From Lama glama (taxonomy: Eukaryota): a stretch of DNA of 64,000 nt. Of this stretch, positions 11,471 to 23,702 are shown piece after piece. Every line of letters begins with the position of its first letter. Within the stretch, counting starts at the first letter, position 1. Below the pieces are notes generated by a model that had not been told where the DNA came from, made no database searches, and worked only from the letters and a program-made list of their open reading frames with translations. A program made the position numbers and the translations under genes. The stretch lies in the NCBI GenBank assembly GCA_028534125.1, contig CM052816.1, forward strand, positions 13,766,001-13,830,000, in the 5' to 3' direction.

Positions 11471-14467
11471 TTCTGCAAGTTGGAATTTCATCCCAGCCTC
11501 TATCATTTCTATAGAAAGAAAAAAAGACTAAAACACACAGAATCCTCTTGACTGAGACACAGATTAAATAGGTCAAGGAAAGAGTGCCCAGGGAAAAGGC
11601 CTGGACAAATCAGTACAGAAAAAAGTGACTGGGAGTCACCACATCAAACAAGAGCTTTCAAGGATTTTTTGAAATCTAAGTCCCAAATTATTTTATTGCT
11701 CATCTTCCATGTGTCCAGCCCAGAGGTTTGAACTTCAGAGAAAGGCTGCAAGGAGTCATTTGTTTACCAGATTCTCAAGGGGATTCAAGAGACAACAGAC
11801 CTACACAACAGTTTTGTTTCAGGATTAAATGCACAGGCTCTGGAATCAGACAACTTGGGTTCAAGGGTTCAAGTACACTTAATTGCTGTGATGGCTTGGG
11901 TAGGTTACTGACCTCTCCGATCTTCGGTTCCCTCAGTCATAAAGTGGAAGTAGCGATAATGATCTAGCTGAAATTTGGCAAACCCTGGAGGCCAGGTTTA
12001 TTGCCTCAGATTAATACACAAAGGAAACCTAAACCCCAAACGAAATGTGAATACTAATTATAAAATAAAGTCATAAAATTTTAGAGCTGGAAGAGCCCGT
12101 AAATTATCTACACCAGTGTTATTTATTTTTATGTATGTATTTTTTAAAACACTGGCTTTACATTTCCAGTAGTGATCAAGATGATCTAAAGGTCGTGAAT
12201 ACACAAATACTAACGTAGTAGTTAGTACACAATGTAAGAAGCACCTAATGAAAATGCAATGCCAGAAGTCTGGGAAATAGTCGGCACCTCCACCGTCTTT
12301 AAGAGGTCACATGACCTGTTCAAGTAGTAGCAGGAGCAGAAGAGCACAGTTGGTAGTAGAGCTCAGTATTAAGAGATTGGAACACCAAGTTCTCCCCCGA
12401 ATTACAGAGCTGGTCCATTCCATTAGACGACTCAAATAACTCTTAAATTTTATCACCACATTGTTTCCTCCTTCCCAAAGAATTCTTGCACCACTCCCTG
12501 CCCTGCCAAAAAACAGTAGCAGGAAAATAAACTGCCAGTCACACAAACGCACCCTCCTCAGATTCAAGGCTAAGATACAAAATGCAAGTCCAAATTCCAA
12601 CAGGCTTGGTCCAGGGGGTCCGTTCTGGGCAAGAGGGATGGGGCAGGATTAAGAGCTGGGCATCAGTAAGAACTCCATCTCTGGCTCAGACCATGTGGGA
12701 ATTCAAAACAGCCCTGCCATTAGTGCTGTATGGCTCTGGGCAGTGAGTCCTCCAAGCCTGTTTGTAAAATGAATAACATTATATGAGCTAATCCGTGGGT
12801 GAAGCAGTGCCTGGCCGACAGTAAGTCTCTACAGCCACAGGGGTAGCAGAATAGTCGCTGCTACGTTCTCAGAGCCCAGGGCAACATCCAGCACACAGCA
12901 GGCACCGCAAATGTTTCCTGAATAAAGTAGAGGCCCAATTACTGCCAGCCTGAGACGGAATCAAAATTCCAGTGGGCCCCTAACTTACTCCAAACCAGGA
13001 ATCATATATTCCCTGAAACAAGGATGGCCCTGGTCATTGACAAAGGAAGAGTCTGTTCATATGTTTCAGGTCACAGCCCCCAGCAGAGACCCTACCTCTG
13101 AGGAGCCTCATCACACTTCCATGCTCATTTCACCCCCAAAAGACTGGCATTTGCTGCCCTGGGGTTCCATTGTCTCTTTCATTTTTAGAAGCAACAGCCT
13201 CACAAAATGACATCTCAGGCACTTGACTCTGTCTCCTTTAAAGAGGCTTGGGGACAATTCTCACAGCTAGGGTCCCACTTTGCCAGTGGAAGCTTTTTTA
13301 GCAGAAAGATATCAACTATTATGAAATCCAACACAGAGAAAGGAAAAGTGAAGTCAAAGACAATTTCATGATCTGCCTTTATGTTATTCCTGATTCTTAA
13401 AACTAAAAGACAGACCAGACTCTTTTTAAATGGGTAAGCTGAAAAGGCACCCAAAATTGATCTCAGCAACCCAAGGTGCTCATCCCCAGAGCACTCCTGT
13501 TTGGCCAGAATGAAACACTCTCTGGTTCTGCGAAAGTCACGGGAAATCAGGGTGCAAATTTCATTTCTCCCCTGCCAAAAGGAAATTTGCAAAAATGGTT
13601 TTACAAAAGGTTAGAGAATCTCTGAGAATGAATTTAAACTCCTACTGAACAAGGGCATTCTTTCTCAGACCTTTTAGTTTTCAAGGATAATGGGAGAGGT
13701 AAAAAGGAGAGCGAGGGAGCTGCAGAGCGAGAGAGTGAGGATATGTTCGTTCTATTTTTAAACCCTCGCCCACAGTTTAGAGTAAAGGAACACTCTGATT
13801 CTGTACTCCCACCCCTATCACCTTCTGCTATACACAAGAATCAGAACCTGCACACGTACGGGGCCCTGATTCTAGATCTGGGGGTTACAGGCTGCCAGCA
13901 CTCCAAAGAATCGCAAGCTGCCCAGCCATTCCACCCATCCCTTCTCTGGGCAGCGGCTGTGCCTTTCGGGGAACCTAGAGGCCCTGAGCTGGCTGGAGCT
14001 GCATCCAGGAAGCGAAGCAGGCAAACCCGTCTTTTCCCGAGGAGAGGCAGCGCCCCCTTGGTGGGACACGCTCCATTCCCAGGGCTGGGCACCCAGGGGT
14101 GAGCAACTCTTCCCCAGGGAAGCCAGAGTCGTGGACGCGATGGGGTTTCCCAGCAGACTGCGGCGCGCCAGGCACTCCAGTCCCGGGACACCTGTGTGCT
14201 GCGCACACCCATTCGCGCTCGGTCACCTCTCGGCTACCCCAGATTGCAAACCGCCGGACGACGGGTCTCTCTCCTCATCGGACTGTTGCTAGCTTGCCCA
14301 TTTTACGTACCCTTCTCTCCTGATTACAAGCATCTACACCTGTCCCTCAGCGCCCAGGGGCAGAAAACCAGCTGCGCGCGCGACCCCCAGCGCTGAGCGC
14401 CTCCCGCCCGCCCCTCGCGCCCCTCCCGCCCCGGGGCTCCGTCCCCGCTGGGCTCAGGGGCACTCAC

Positions 14468-14621
14468 TCTTGAGCGCGCTGATGAGTGACTTCCCGTCCT
14501 TGATGAGCTCCTTGATGAATTTGTTAGTCTTGTCTAGCTCCGCTTCGTGCGACTTGAGCGTCTCTCGGAAGTGCGGGCTGTCGAGGCAGCAGTCGCTGAA
14601 TTCGAGCGCGGGGAGCCCCAT
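14468..14621 (-). CDS. ARHGAP26: ARHGAP26 (GRAF1) coding exon 1, start of the BAR domain
   Basis: Translates [51 protein letters not shown], the GRAF1 N-terminus (the paralog ARHGAP10 begins MGLQPLEFSDCYLDSPW). Strong Kozak context GGCACCATGG. Ends in phase 1 at donor AAGA|GTGAGT. Length 154 nt. Confidence 0.97.
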
Positions 14622-15020
14622 GGTGCCCGCGGCGCCCAGCTGGGGGGCGCGCCTCCCCCGGGGCCCCGGAGGCCCACAGTCCGGAGCAAGCACGCGGAGG
14701 GACCCCGGCTGGAACCCCCGACGGCCGCCGGCTCCACAGGTGTGGCGCGGGCTCGCCCTCCGCGCGGTGTCCGATGGAGCGCAGGACTCCCGAACGTAGT
14801 CGGGACCCGGACGAAGGGTGGCTGCTTCGGCGGGGTGCAACCAAGCAACCGGCGAGCAGGAAGCGCAGCGGCAGACCCGCAGTGGCGCCGGGAAGCCGAC
14901 GAGCAGTCGAGCGAGTGCAGCCGCCGCCTCCCCGCCTCCTTAGCTCGTTCGCTCTCCAGCAGCCTCGAGCGCCCTCTCACAGCAGCCTCGACCGCCCAGC
15001 CGGCGTCCGGGCCGCACGAA
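14622..15020 (-). other. ARHGAP26: ARHGAP26 5' UTR of exon 1 (TSS approximate)
   Basis: GC-rich stretch with no minus-strand ATG, between the start codon and the CCAAT/GC-box cluster. TSS is inferred. Confidence 0.65.
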
Positions 15021-15050
15021 CCTGCTAGCAATGACCTAATCCCAGCCGGA

Positions 15051-15270
15051 CCAATCAGCGCCTCGCCTCAGCCCGACCCCCGGGCCTCCCGGGGACGCCC
15101 GGCCCTTCCGTGGCCTTAACCCAATCAGCGGGGCCGGGAGGCGGGGTCTTGTTAGGGGGCGGGGCCCACGCCACCGCCCAGGTCCGCAGCACAAGCCCCG
15201 CCCACTCCCGCCCGCGCGGTTGTTGCAGACCGGGAACCCGAAGGGTGATCGCTGCGGTGCATGCGCCCGG
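15051..15270. promoter_or_regulatory. Proximal promoter motifs: two NF-Y CCAAT boxes, Sp/KLF GC boxes, NRF1-like site
   Basis: CCAATCAGCG at 15051 and 15121; GGGAGGCGGGG at ~15136; GGGGCGGGG at ~15156; CCCCGCCC at ~15196; TGCATGCGC at ~15258. Confidence 0.75.
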
Positions 15271-15983
15271 TTACCCCGGACCTTGACGGCCTGCTGCGAC
15301 CCGAATCCAGCTCCGAGATAGTGCGTCTGCAGGGCTGGGGAGGGGAGGAGCCCAGACGCGCCGAGCATGAAAAATCTGAGAAATAGGGATGCAGTTCCTC
15401 TCATACTGGTAGCAATCGATCTTGCACACAAAATGCAGCCCCCTGCCCCAGGAGAACTCCCAGCGCACCTAGCGACCCCCTCGCCCCTAGGGACATGCTC
15501 TTCCTCCAGTCGAGCAGAACATATTTGCATCTTAAAATTACCAAGCTCTCTTGCCTACAGTCTTCCTGCCCCCTACAGTCCGGCCCCCTCACGGCCACTC
15601 CTGCTCAAAACCCGCCCACAGCTGCCCGCAACTGAAAGATCTAAAATCCTTAGGAGAGTTTCAGCTGCCCGTCGTTTTCCTGCTGGGCACCTCACGCAAT
15701 ATACAATATACAATTTATTCAATTTTACATAATTACATCCATTGCCTACCGTCCTTCGCTGCATTGTGAGCTTTCCCGAGCACAAGCCACCTTGGTTCTC
15801 TCTGCGTTGCGGCATCCCTATCACCTGGAACAGTGGCTGACATTTAATAACAGATGTTGTGCGCTTACCATACGCTAAGTGTGCCACAGCGATTGATAAA
15901 CATTTATGGAAAAAACGAAGCATCCTTTCCCGTGTCCCTCTCCACCTTCCACCCGCAATGTATTGCCCTGTTGTCCTTTGGTC

Positions 15984-16050
15984 CCACCACAGGACTCAAC
16001 TCAGGCAGCTCACTCTGCCACCACAGGACTCAACTCAGGCAGCTCACTCT
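15984..16050. repeat. Tandem duplication, 34-bp unit
   Basis: CCACCACAGGACTCAACTCAGGCAGCTCACTCT occurs at 15984 and 16018 with no mismatch. Confidence 0.97.
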
Positions 16051-16639
16051 CTGCCCTTGTCTGGCTGGATCCTACCGTATCTAGTGCTGAGCTGTGAACT
16101 CCTCGAGGGTGGGGACTGTCCTCGAATAAATTATTTTGTATTTCTGGGAACTAACAGCCTTTCAGTTAGGTGGGGGTTTTTTTGGTCTCCGTGTTTTGTT
16201 TTTCACATAAGTCAGCTATGTGCAGACACTAGGCTAGATGCTAGAGGAGCAAAGATGAATAAGACAGAATGAACTTTGCTGCTGGTTAGTGGGAGAGACA
16301 GAAGTGACAAGGAATAGAAATGCTGCAGGGTAATTTAGGATAGAAGGCCTGGGTGCTTGGGAACATCGAAAAGGGGTTGCTAACTCAGGGGGCCAGAGAA
16401 GGCATCTATGTTGAGATATTGATTGATTTATGAAATGCATAAATGAATGAATGAATGTGATCTATTTGCCAGTTGTAGCTACAAATTTAGACTTGATAGC
16501 AGGCCCAAAGAGCTTCAGATGGATAATTAAAACCCTGAAAATAGTTGTTCCTCACTTGCCAAGAATGAGAAAGATCTGAAATGGAAATTCCATGAAACTA
16601 AATATGTTTAATGCTATATCTCAAGCACTTAAAAGTAGG

Positions 16640-17132
16640 TGTTCTGGTTCTCAATTGTTACATAACATATCACACCAAAACTTAATGGATTGAAACAATT
16701 ATGATCATTTTATTTCCTCTCATAGTCTCTGTGGGTCAGGAATTTGGGGGGGAGCTTGGCTGGGTGATTCTGACTTGGGGTCTCACATGTGTTTGAAGTC
16801 AGATGGTAACAGGAGCGTCTCCTCTTCAAGTGGGCTCAGAGCTTCACTGTGTGGTCTCTATATGTGGCCTAGTTGGGTTCCCTCACTGCATGGTGGCCGC
16901 AGGACCCTACTGTGAACATTCCAGCTCCCAAGAGGAAAGCTGCATCACTTTTTATGACCTAACCTTGGAAGCCAAACACTTCTTCCACCTTCACTGGCTA
17001 CAGGCAAGTCCCAAGCCCAGAGTCAAGGAGAAGGCAATTAGACTGTACCTCTAGATGGGGAAGTGACAAGAAAGGGAGATGTTAATGCAGCCATCTCTGA
17101 AAAAAACAAACAAACAAACAATCCGCCACAGT
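16640..17132 (-). mobile_element. MLT1 (ERVL-MaLR) solo LTR
   Basis: CAAAACTTAATGGATTGAAACAA...GGGTCAGGAATTTG...TTTTATGACCTAACCTTGGAAG. Confidence 0.75.
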
Positions 17133-19869
17133 GGGCCTAGCACATGGTAAAGTATTCAACAAATGTTAAATGAATGAAACAAAATAAGGTCCACAATTAT
17201 TTATTTTATCCTATTGAGGAATATGGGCAAATGTGTTTAAAGTAATAAATATGTGTTAATAATATACTAGCTATCATTTGTTAAGCTCTTAGTTTGTACC
17301 AGACACTATGCTAAATTATTTATATGTATTTAATCCCTATAAAGTAAGATGGGTACTATGATAATCCCCATTTTTCAGATGAGAAATTGAAGCCCAGAGT
17401 TGTAAATTGAACCAGGTTTCCTAGCTATGAAGTGTGTGCACCACATATATATACACAAACATATACCTTAATATGCCCACTTGCAGATGTGTAAGTGTGT
17501 GGATAGCAAGCATGTAAACTTCCTATGAATTTAATTCAGAATTTCCACAAAGACCTCTCACACTTCCAGCAATATTATCTGCAAAGGAGAATCAGAATGC
17601 AGTAGTATTGAGGACAGAAATGGGGACCTGGAAGGTGCAGTTGTCTCTCTCTTCCTGGAAAATAAGCTTCATGAGATAGAGATTTTGTGTTGTTCACTGT
17701 GCAGCCCCGGCACTTAGAACAGCAATAAGTACCTCAAAGATGCACAGTGCCCATGGGAGGGGTACCTATTTAATAAGGAAGAAACTGTGGCTCGTGTAAC
17801 AGCATAGGATGTGGCCATGAATGCAAATAGAACAGTTAAGGCCCGGAAATCTCTTTCATATGAAATATAGAAATAATCTAGGCAAAATGATTTAGGCTAA
17901 ATTCTTTGCATGAATATCTGAATTCCTTCAAATTAACTAAACAATTAGTCTAAATAGTTCTACTTTTGGTATCAATGTATTTAAAGCTATGTTATTTCTG
18001 ACTTCAATTGTCCAATTAACTTTACATCTGGCATACAATTACCGCTCATGTGCAGAAAGCAGGAAAGCATTCTCACGTTACCTCTGTGCTCACATAATCT
18101 GATGTGGACAGGGGCAGCTCACTCATGGTCCCTGAACACAACCTAGGGAACAGGGTTGGTCCATGATGAAAGTTCATTAGTCCTCACATAATTGAGGACC
18201 AGGGACAGTGTAGCTGCAGGGCAACTTCTGACAGCTTAGATGATGACATCAGCACAGGATCTCTCTCTCCATCCCTCCAGCTGACCTTCCTCTGTGATGC
18301 CTTCATTCTCAGTGGCTCTCTCTGCTTCTCCAAACTTACATCCAGCAGTATTAGCAGTAAGAAAGTTTTCTTTTCAAAAAGTCTAGCAAAAATTACAAGA
18401 CTGAAACCAGGCGTGAAAACAGCACCACTCCTAACACACAAAGCATTCGGAGGAGTTGCTCCCCGAAAAGACAAGCAAAGTGTCATGAACAGAAGAGAGA
18501 ATTGCTGCTGAACAGGCAGAAGCAGTAACATCCAGTGCACCTGACCCATCTCCCAAACCCCCTCAAAATCATTGCTCCTTGGGCTGTGTTCCCATGGTTT
18601 TCGAATTCTCAATAGCACTCACTCATTCTTTTTTAAAGTTGATACCATATGTTTCTTCACACAGTTACTTCACCTTTGTATTATTACTGGATAAGACATC
18701 AGTTTTCCTACTTTAAAATAATGATTTGGGGGTAATGGAAATGTTCCAAATCTCTACCGTGGTACACAGGCTTCAATATTTATTAAAATTCATGGATGCA
18801 TTTTATTTTATATCAATTATGTATCAATCAAATAGGTTTTAAAAAAATGATGATGGTGGTGGTGATGATAACAATGATATTTCCTGAGTTTCTGCTGTGT
18901 AGTAGGATCCAGGCTAAGCACTTTATTGCATTTCCTCACATAATCTTTGGGAGAATCCTGGGAACTAGGTACTAGGACCATCCCCACTTTTTAGATAAGA
19001 CAGCTAAGGCTTAGAGAAGTAAAATGCCTAAGGTCACATAGTTCGTGGTGGCACTAGGCTTAGAATTCAAATCTGTCTTCAATAATTATCGCCATACAAG
19101 ATATCTATAAGAAAGACATTTTCTATACATAAGAACATTAATAGTAATAACTAAAGACCTAAAAATGGAATACAGATTCACACATGAATGAGAGAGGAGG
19201 TATCTCATTCTGAAGTGTGTATGTTTTTCCAGGACCTTTTCCTAGTTTGGAATATAGCAATCATTATACAAGCCTCTAATTTGTTTGGGCTTTAAATCCC
19301 AGGACCTACAATTTGTGTAGAAGCAGCTGAATGAAGCAGAATGAAGTCCTCATTTTCCTCGAAAGAAAAAAGAGTAGCCTATCCTTATAAAGCCATTGGC
19401 TCATGGTTGTTTAATGGAGGTGACAACACTAAATTAACCTTCTTTGGCTTAAGAAATTAATGAAACTCATATTATTTGTACTACACAAGTCTGTTTTATA
19501 TATTGGCAATATTTTATTTCCATTTTTATGATTTATTTATTCCTTGCCTGCTACTTTTCTACCCAATGCCCATTCTTTCCTCTTCCTGACTCATTTATTG
19601 AGAAGATACTTACATCACACTTACCAAGTACAAGATACTCTTTCAAACACTTTAGAAAAATTAACTCAATTAATCTCTCGATAACCCTATTATTTTCTTA
19701 TCCCTATTTTTATAGGGGGAGAAACTGACAATGAATCACTTAAACTCATATAACCACTCAACAGCAGAGCTGAGATTCTTACTGGTAGACTAGCTTCAGG
19801 TTTAGGCTATGTTACTAGCAGAACTTCAAATCCGCAGCTAAGGAATTCAAATTCTTATGCTTTCACACA

Positions 19870-20290
19870 GCTGTTTGTGGCCATGGATCACTTTCCTGGC
19901 CAGTGAGATATAATTGGAAATCTCCTAGGTAGGGTTTTAGAAGGGTTTTGTTCTTTTATATCTTTTTTAGAAATGATTTTTTTAATACAGCTGACATACA
20001 TTTTGCCCACCTTCCTTCCCTATTCTTTTTGTCTAGAACATAGATGCAATGCATGGAGAAGGAGCAGCCATCTTGCAACCATGAGGAGGAAGGCCACATG
20101 CTAAGGATTGTTGAATGGGAAGATAGTGAGAACCAGGTACTTGGTGACATCCAGGAGCCACAACGCTTATCCCCCAAGTGCCTACCTCCCAACTACTCAT
20201 CACATGAAGGGGAAAAAAACACAACCTATTTAAGCCCCATTACTGGGGTTTGCTGTTACTCAAAGCCAAACACAACCCTAACTGATAAAA
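19870..20290 (+). mobile_element. MLT1J-like solo LTR
   Basis: GCAGCCATCTTGCAACCATGAGG...TATTTAAGCC...CCTAACTGATA. Confidence 0.7.
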
Positions 20291-21981
20291 TGCACTAATC
20301 ACAAAACCTATTGTTTTATGTCCTCCTGAATTTTGGTCATGTGTATTAATACATGGTCCTTAGGTAGTTTCCAAAATGGAAAATTATTAGTTTTGTGGAT
20401 GGTTTCTTAAACATTTAGAATAAAGATAATATCTGATTTACAGGGAAGGAAACTGTATTAAATGAGGAAAGGTATTTAAGAAAAAGGATAATCCATTAAT
20501 TAAAAATAAACTTGAGATGAAAGCAGAAAATGCTAAAAGACGATTTCAATAGAACCTCAGGGTTATCTGGGTTGACAAGACTGGTCTATTTCTTATTACA
20601 CTGTGGCTGCTGAAATGATCAAATGAATCAGCTTACTTATGCAAAACAACTGAAGTAGTCCTCCTCACCCTGCTCTCCTTCTTGCCTCTGGATCTTCTTA
20701 TACATGTGTACACTTAAATGCACATTAGCGTGTTAGAGGTTCCGAGAAGTCCTGCAGTAAACAATCCTGTGAAATTTTGCTCAACCCACTATTTCTCATG
20801 TTTCTTTGAGCACAGAATCCTATCCCCCCCCACCCCGTGTCACATCCCACATAGCACGCTATGAAAGACAATGAACAGTGTCATAGACAACAGAAATAAG
20901 GACTTAAGGAGAAAGGGGTAATTTCCAGTCTTTTGGTTGCCGTTTCAGTGGTTGCAAAATAGAAATTTTGTTGTGGGGAATTAATAAGCTTTCTAAAGCA
21001 ACTGGGAAACTATCATGTCCAACTTCAAATCCTAATTAATAGCTGGACTTCTCTTTCATGGGAATTCATACTCTGTTAGATGGCTCTGGTTTGGAGGTGA
21101 TGCTGCGGTTTTTAACGGGTGCCTGGGTCTACTGAAGGTGGCACTGGTGGGGCAGAAGACAGCAATATTTCAACAGAGAAATTATTCCATCACTTCCTTT
21201 TAGGGAGACACCAGTATGAAAAATCAATACTAAAATGGTTTACCTTCATCTAAACACAGGGCAAAGGGGCTATAATATCTGCTGTGACTACAACAGTGGA
21301 TGATGGCAAATTTCTTTTACTGTCTTCCCTACTTCCTTTTGTGTTTCGTTTCTGGAATTTCCCATTGCTATATTTCTATTACCCCAAACTTGTTTATAGA
21401 AAAATTTTACTTACGAAACTCATAGCTGTAATACTCTCAAACTAAAACACTAATATTTTTCAATTTAAAAACTGGACATTTTTTAAAGGTTGTTTTGCCC
21501 AAAAAAGTAACAATGTGAATCACCCTTGTGCTTCCCAAAGCTGGTCTGACAACCTGGGCCTGCCAAGAAAGAAGTTTTTTCTGATCTGTCATGAAATGAA
21601 AAACATAGTGACTGTGTAATGAGTTTTTTATGAAGCTATGTGTATTCCATTTGAATGAGTGATTTTTGAGATTATATCCTACCTACATATTTGGCATTAA
21701 TATACTCATTTTTTTTGTATTAGCATATTCTTTTCTTCTTTTTTTTTTTTGGTAAGATGATGAGTGAAGAAAGTAGCTGTATTCTTTTAAAATATCCTTC
21801 GACTAATTAAAATTTGGAAGTCCTATGTCCCTCCAACTTTGTTTATTCTTTGTTTTATGTCTTATTTGACAGTTAAGAAAGAGCTCCTTGAATCAAAGAA
21901 ACCTGTGTCTTGTTCGCTGCTGTGTCCCCCATGACCTGTGGAGTTCCTAGCAACAGTAAACAATCAATAGAGTTTGACAGA

Positions 21982-23370
21982 TGTTAAAAGATAAGCTGAG
22001 GCACATCAAAATTGTCAAGAGTCTACTTTAGAAAATATCAATTAGAATCTGGCAGTATCAAACAAGAGTGGTTAGGACAGCTGATACAACTTAACAAGAA
22101 AACAAAAACCCAATCCAAAAATGGGCAGAAGACCTAAACAAACATTTCTGCAGTGGAGACATACAAATGGCCAATAGGCACATGAAAAAATGCTCAGTAT
22201 CACTAATTATCAGAGAAATGCAAATCAAAACTACAATGAGGTATCACCTCACACCAGTCAGAATGGCCATCATTCAAAAGTCCACAAACCATAAATGCTG
22301 GAGAGGCTGTGGAGAAAAGGGAACCCTCCTACGCTGTTGGTGGGAATGTAGTTTGGTGCATTATGGAAAATAGTATGGAGATTCCTCAAAAGACTAAAAA
22401 TAGACTTCCAGCAATCCCACTCCTGGGCATATATTGAGAGGGAACTCTAATTTGAAAAGATACATGCACCCCAATGTTCATAGCAGCTCTATATGCAATA
22501 GCCAAGACATGGAAGCAACCTAAATGTCCATCAACAGAGGACTGGATAAAGAAGTTATGGTATATTTATACAATGGAATACTACTCAGCCATAAAAAAGA
22601 ATAAAATAATGTCATTTGCAGTAACATGGATGAACCTGGAGATCATCATTCTAGGTGAAGTAAGCCAGAAAGAGAAAGAAAGATACCATATAATATCAGT
22701 CATATGTGGAATCTAAAAAAAAAAAAAGAAAAAAGAAAAAAGAGGGCACTAATGAACTCATCTACAAAACAGAAACAGACTCGCAGATATAGTAAACGGT
22801 CTTATGGTCACCAGGGGAGAGGGGATGGGAAGTGATAAATTTGAGAGTTTGAGATTTGCAGATGTTAACCGCTATATATAAAAATAGATTAAAAAAACAA
22901 ATTTCTTCTGTATAGCGCAGGGAACTATAATCAATATCTTGTAATAACCTTTAATGAAAAAGAATATATGTATATATATATACATGATTGGGACATCATG
23001 CTGTGCACCAGAAAGTGACACATTGTAACTGACTATACTTCAGTTATAAATGAATAAATAAATAATAAATAAATAAATAAAATGAACACCTAAAAAAAAG
23101 TAGTAGGAGCACTCCACCGACAGGAACTAGGGGCAAGGTTTTTGTAACAAAGACTCAGAAGCAAAGCACAGAAGCTATTTGATTGGCTACAGCTTAAGCA
23201 GTTGCCTTATTCAGGAAAACCCTGCTGGCTGTTTGTGATTGGTTGTTCTTAAGTTTCATTTTCTCAGCTTCCAGTGCATTGACTGGCTCAGGTTTGAGTT
23301 TGCTTACACAGGCCACCAAGGGATTAGAGCCACCTCAGTCTGACGGCCTCCTTGTTTAATTACTTTAACA
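21982..23370 (-). mobile_element. ERV1-class solo LTR (LTR37-like) split by an L1
   Basis: TGTTAAA...TTTAACA termini; 4-bp TSD CAGA/CAGA (21978, 23371); the two halves joined are homologous to the intact copy at 41258-41596. Confidence 0.85.
22078..23095 (+). mobile_element. 5'-truncated L1: ORF2 C-terminus, 3' UTR and A-rich tail
   Basis: ORF2 peptides [19 protein letters not shown] and MFIAALYAIAKTWKQPKCPS...YYSAIKKN, interrupted by small deletions. TSD AAGAGTGGTTAGGA / AAAAGTAGTAGGA. Confidence 0.95.
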
Positions 23371-23380
23371 CAGACCAACC

Positions 23381-23702
23381 CAGAGATTGGCAGACTTTTT
23401 CTATAAAGGGCTTCTAGGCTTTAGAGGCCCCACAGGGTCTGTTGTACATATTCAAGTCTGCCATTGTGGCAGGAAACCAGCTATACAATCCATCAATGAA
23501 TGAGCGTGGTAGCTGTGTTCCAAAAATCTTTATTTATGGACAGTGAACTCTGTATTTCATATGATGTACATGTGTTGCAAAATATTCTTCTTTTTATATT
23601 TTCCCCTACATTTTAAGATGTAATATCCATTGTTAGTTTGTGGCCACACAAAAACAAACAGCAGGCTAGATTTGCCCAAAGACTATGGGATGCTGACCCT
23701 CG
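23381..23702 (+). mobile_element. MER58B-like hAT-Charlie
   Basis: CAGAGATTGGCAGACTTTTTCTATAAAGGGC...TGCTGACCCTCG; 8-bp TSD GACCAACC/GACAAACC. Confidence 0.85.

Larger units (their letters stand above)
1..14467 (-). other. ARHGAP26: ARHGAP26 intron 1 (partial)
   Basis: Begins at GTGAGT (14467-14462). The expected exon 2 peptide (NLSSAKRKFADSL...) is not seen in the window. Repeat-rich. Confidence 0.9.
14150..15480. promoter_or_regulatory. CpG island / ARHGAP26 promoter
   Basis: Very high GC and CpG density spanning exon 1, with no TATA box. Confidence 0.92.

Noticed and set aside
14470..15530. Long overlapping ORFs (190, 165, 164 aa) across the CpG island
   Set aside because: Low-complexity Arg/Pro/Ala/Gly products of stop-poor GC-rich DNA with no recognisable domain.
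15984..16050. CRISPR-like repeat
   Set aside because: Two adjacent copies with no spacer in eukaryotic DNA; a simple tandem duplication.
22167..22716. ORFs with real protein similarity
   Set aside because: These are fragments of L1 ORF2 in a truncated, disrupted copy, not a host gene.
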